Positions 61,572 through 64,000 of a DNA stretch of 64,000 nucleotides are shown piece after piece; the stretch's first letter is position 1; every line of letters starts with the position of its first letter. Where the stretch lies: contig CM082591.2 of NCBI GenBank assembly GCA_040954595.2, positions 3,953,957-4,017,956 on the forward strand, given 5' to 3'. Made by a program: the position numbers and the translations under genes. Below the pieces are notes generated by a model. That model was not told the origin of the DNA and searched no databases. It was given only the letters and a program-made list of their open reading frames with translations. The DNA is from Balanoglossus misakiensis. Lineage: Eukaryota > Animalia > Hemichordata.

Positions 61572-62789
61572 ATGGGCGTAGAGGCGTATAAACGATACTT
61601 TCGTACTTTTGTTACTCCTACACGGTTTTTGATGACGAGTACACTGATGACGTGTTTGATAGTCATCGTGTTCGTCACGTCGCCAAGGCGAATACCGTTG
61701 GGAGCTGTCTCGTCATCGGGGAATTACGGCCCGGCCGTTGCAAACATTGACACCAGAGCCGTGAGCACGAATGGGGACCCGGCGCCGGCCGACGCGGCGC
61801 CTGTAGAGGAGGCGGCGGAAGCACCAGCAGCACCGGCGGAAGGCGAGCAGGCTCCCGCAGATGACGCCGCCGCGCCCGCTGAACAACCAGCGGCTCCCGC
61901 TGAACAACCTGCAGCGGCAGCGGCTGCAGCGCCCGCTGCCGGCGCAGGCGGTGCCGACGTACCACCAGACTTTGGGCTCCCCATGGACGAAGCGAAATTC
62001 CACAGCCACGACCGAATGGTGTACAACCGCGTCGACAAATGCGGCAGTAGAAGTCTGCTCTACACCATAGACGAGCTCACCGTAAAACACGGCTACAAGA
62101 AAGTGACCAGCGAGGAATGGAACAAGAAAAATTTAACACAGGATGAGCAAAAAGAACTGGTGGATGAAATCAATGGTCTGACACCCCCCTTCATTTATGA
62201 CAGACACGTGTACTACACGCCGTTCCAGAGATTCGGCTCCAAGAACCCAGTCTGGATCAACCTGATCAGAGACCCCCTGCGTCGATTCATCTCCCTCTAC
62301 TACTTCAAGAGATTCGGCGACCCGCACACGGCGGCCGGCGAGTTCAACATGCCGGAAGAGATCATCAACCGCTCCTTCGACGACTGCGTGCTGAACAACA
62401 TCTTCGAGTGCAGCACCAAGGCCAGCTTCCGGGTGGTGCCCTACTTCTGCGGCCACGGCGAGGGCTGCCGGATGCCCAACAAGTGGGCCGTGGAGCAGGC
62501 CAAGAAGAACGTCGTTGAAAACTACGCCCTGGTGGGAATTCTAGAACACTTCAATTCGACCTTGCTGCTCTTAGACAAACTGGTCCCCCAGTACTTCGGA
62601 GGAGCGATGGAAGCCTACCTGTCTGTCCAAAATACAGGCATCGTTGAAAAGTTCAAATCGATCAGTGGTAAACCCCCTGGGGAGGAAGCGATGGCGAAAA
62701 TGAAGGAAAGACTGGCGCTGGAATATGACTTCTACAACTTTGTGGTGGCCAGGTTAGAGCACCTAAAGAAGCAGTTTAACATCGAGTAA
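61572..62789 (+). CDS. Uronyl/heparan 2-O-sulfotransferase-like protein (paralog B), 405 aa, with Ala/Pro/Glu-rich stem
   Basis: ATG at 61572 after the acceptor at 61511. TM FLMTSTLMTCLIVIVFV, YNRVDKCGSRS, YDRH, WINLIRDPLRRFISLYYF, VPYFCG. A non-coding first exon ends at aaag|gtaagt at 60880. Confidence 0.92.
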   Translation: MGVEAYKRYFRTFVTPTRFLMTSTLMTCLIVIVFVTSPRRIPLGAVSSSGNYGPAVANIDTRAVSTNGDPAPADAAPVEEAAEAPAAPAEGEQAPADDAAAPAEQPAAPAEQPAAAAAAAPAAGAGGADVPPDFGLPMDEAKFHSHDRMVYNRVDKCGSRSLLYTIDELTVKHGYKKVTSEEWNKKNLTQDEQKELVDEINGLTPPFIYDRHVYYTPFQRFGSKNPVWINLIRDPLRRFISLYYFKRFGDPHTAAGEFNMPEEIINRSFDDCVLNNIFECSTKASFRVVPYFCGHGEGCRMPNKWAVEQAKKNVVENYALVGILEHFNSTLLLLDKLVPQYFGGAMEAYLSVQNTGIVEKFKSISGKPPGEEAMAKMKERLALEYDFYNFVVARLEHLKKQFNIE

Positions 62790-64000
62790 TTTTAAGTGAA
62801 ATGTAGACCAAAGATGTTGATTAACGACTATGTTGAATTCTAACAGCAACTTTCGAGTAAATTAAGCGAAATTCTCCAAAAAATGTTCAACTTTTTATAA
62901 AATACGGATGCCCCGAAAGAATGAACAGTATAACAATTGTTAAACTTTTACTATCAACCCATCCTATAAGTAAAACAACTGGTCTTATCGGGTGCTGGCC
63001 ACTAACTCTTTCGTGGTCTTGAGGATTCTGACAGCAATATCAACATATTTGGCAAATTTCCTGTTGGACCGTGATCCTATTTTGCCTTGTTTTTAAAAAC
63101 TCAATGATATTTGATATTCCCCGCTACATGCCCGGGTAGTATTTGAGGGCGAGAGTTAACAATTCCAAAATTGGAGACCAGAATCTGGGTAGTAAATCTT
63201 GTAAATACATTTTTTTTTCTCATACTCATTTTACATATTGCCTGAAATCTTTCCTGTCAATCTTACATGTCACGCCAGTCTGGTAACGGTTTGTCTGACT
63301 TGTGGAGAAAAGGCAGCCATAGTAGATCTGGCGGCCATATTGAAAAGTTCGTACTGTACGTCATTGCCAACCCTTTGCTGCAAATGACACTGTTCTGTGA
63401 TATACATGTATAGCGTTTATGTCTTTTGTCATGGTGGGGGTGTGGTAATCGGCTTAAGCCACTTCAGTAGAATAAACTGGCCACGTGGGCAAATCACTGA
63501 CTTGGCCTACGAAACATGGTGCTCTCACAAAAATCGCTTTCAATAGTACAACTATGTGGTAAACATCTATATTTATTATAAGGGTTAATTACTTTAGTAA
63601 TTGTGATGAAGTAGTAATGATACATGTTCAAAATCATTAGTTGGAGCTTAATTTCACGACGTGGAAGTCGATGACTGGGTTACAAGCAGTCACGTATACG
63701 CAAATCAACCATGCAGATGTTGTAACAGTGTACAGAAACTGTATATATATCTGATAGTTAGGTTTGTGTTACTTAATTTTGTTAGCATGTACTCACCGAT
63801 CATATTTGTAGTGGAGACGTCTTACAAATGTCAAAATAAATGAAAACCAATGTCAAAAGTTAGTGACTTTGTCTCTATACTTTTCATAACTACATGATTT
63901 CACCACTTCGTCTTTTCATTCTCACAATCGTGTCATTTTAACGTTTCTTAGTCAATAAACGCTTTCATGTTCTATCATGCCAATGTACTTGTCAACCTGT

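Overview
Intron-rich, AT-rich animal genomic DNA, not prokaryotic. Gene content (CMAH, duplicated uronyl-2-O-sulfotransferase-like genes, a LARGE-like glycosyltransferase) suggests an invertebrate deuterostome, possibly a hemichordate or echinoderm; this is inference. I assembled exon chains by hand from GT-AG sites with phase checks. Left to right: the last exon of a RHINO/RHNO1-like gene (+); a 3-exon gene for a Pointed (SAM/PNT)-only protein with no ETS domain, Mae/Edl-like (-); a relic CMAH exon; a 1.6 kb non-autonomous PIF/Harbinger element; a 15-coding-exon CMAH gene ending in a transmembrane tail (-); a ~1934 aa PR/SET plus C2H2 zinc-finger (PRDM-like) gene (+); an 18-exon LARGE-like gene whose GT8 half has lost its catalytic motifs (+), with an antisense intronic tRNA-Gln(CTG); and a head-to-head pair of UST-like sulfotransferases. 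Several TTAA-flanked MITE families and microsatellites are interspersed. Homology calls rest on recalled family motifs, not database searches.
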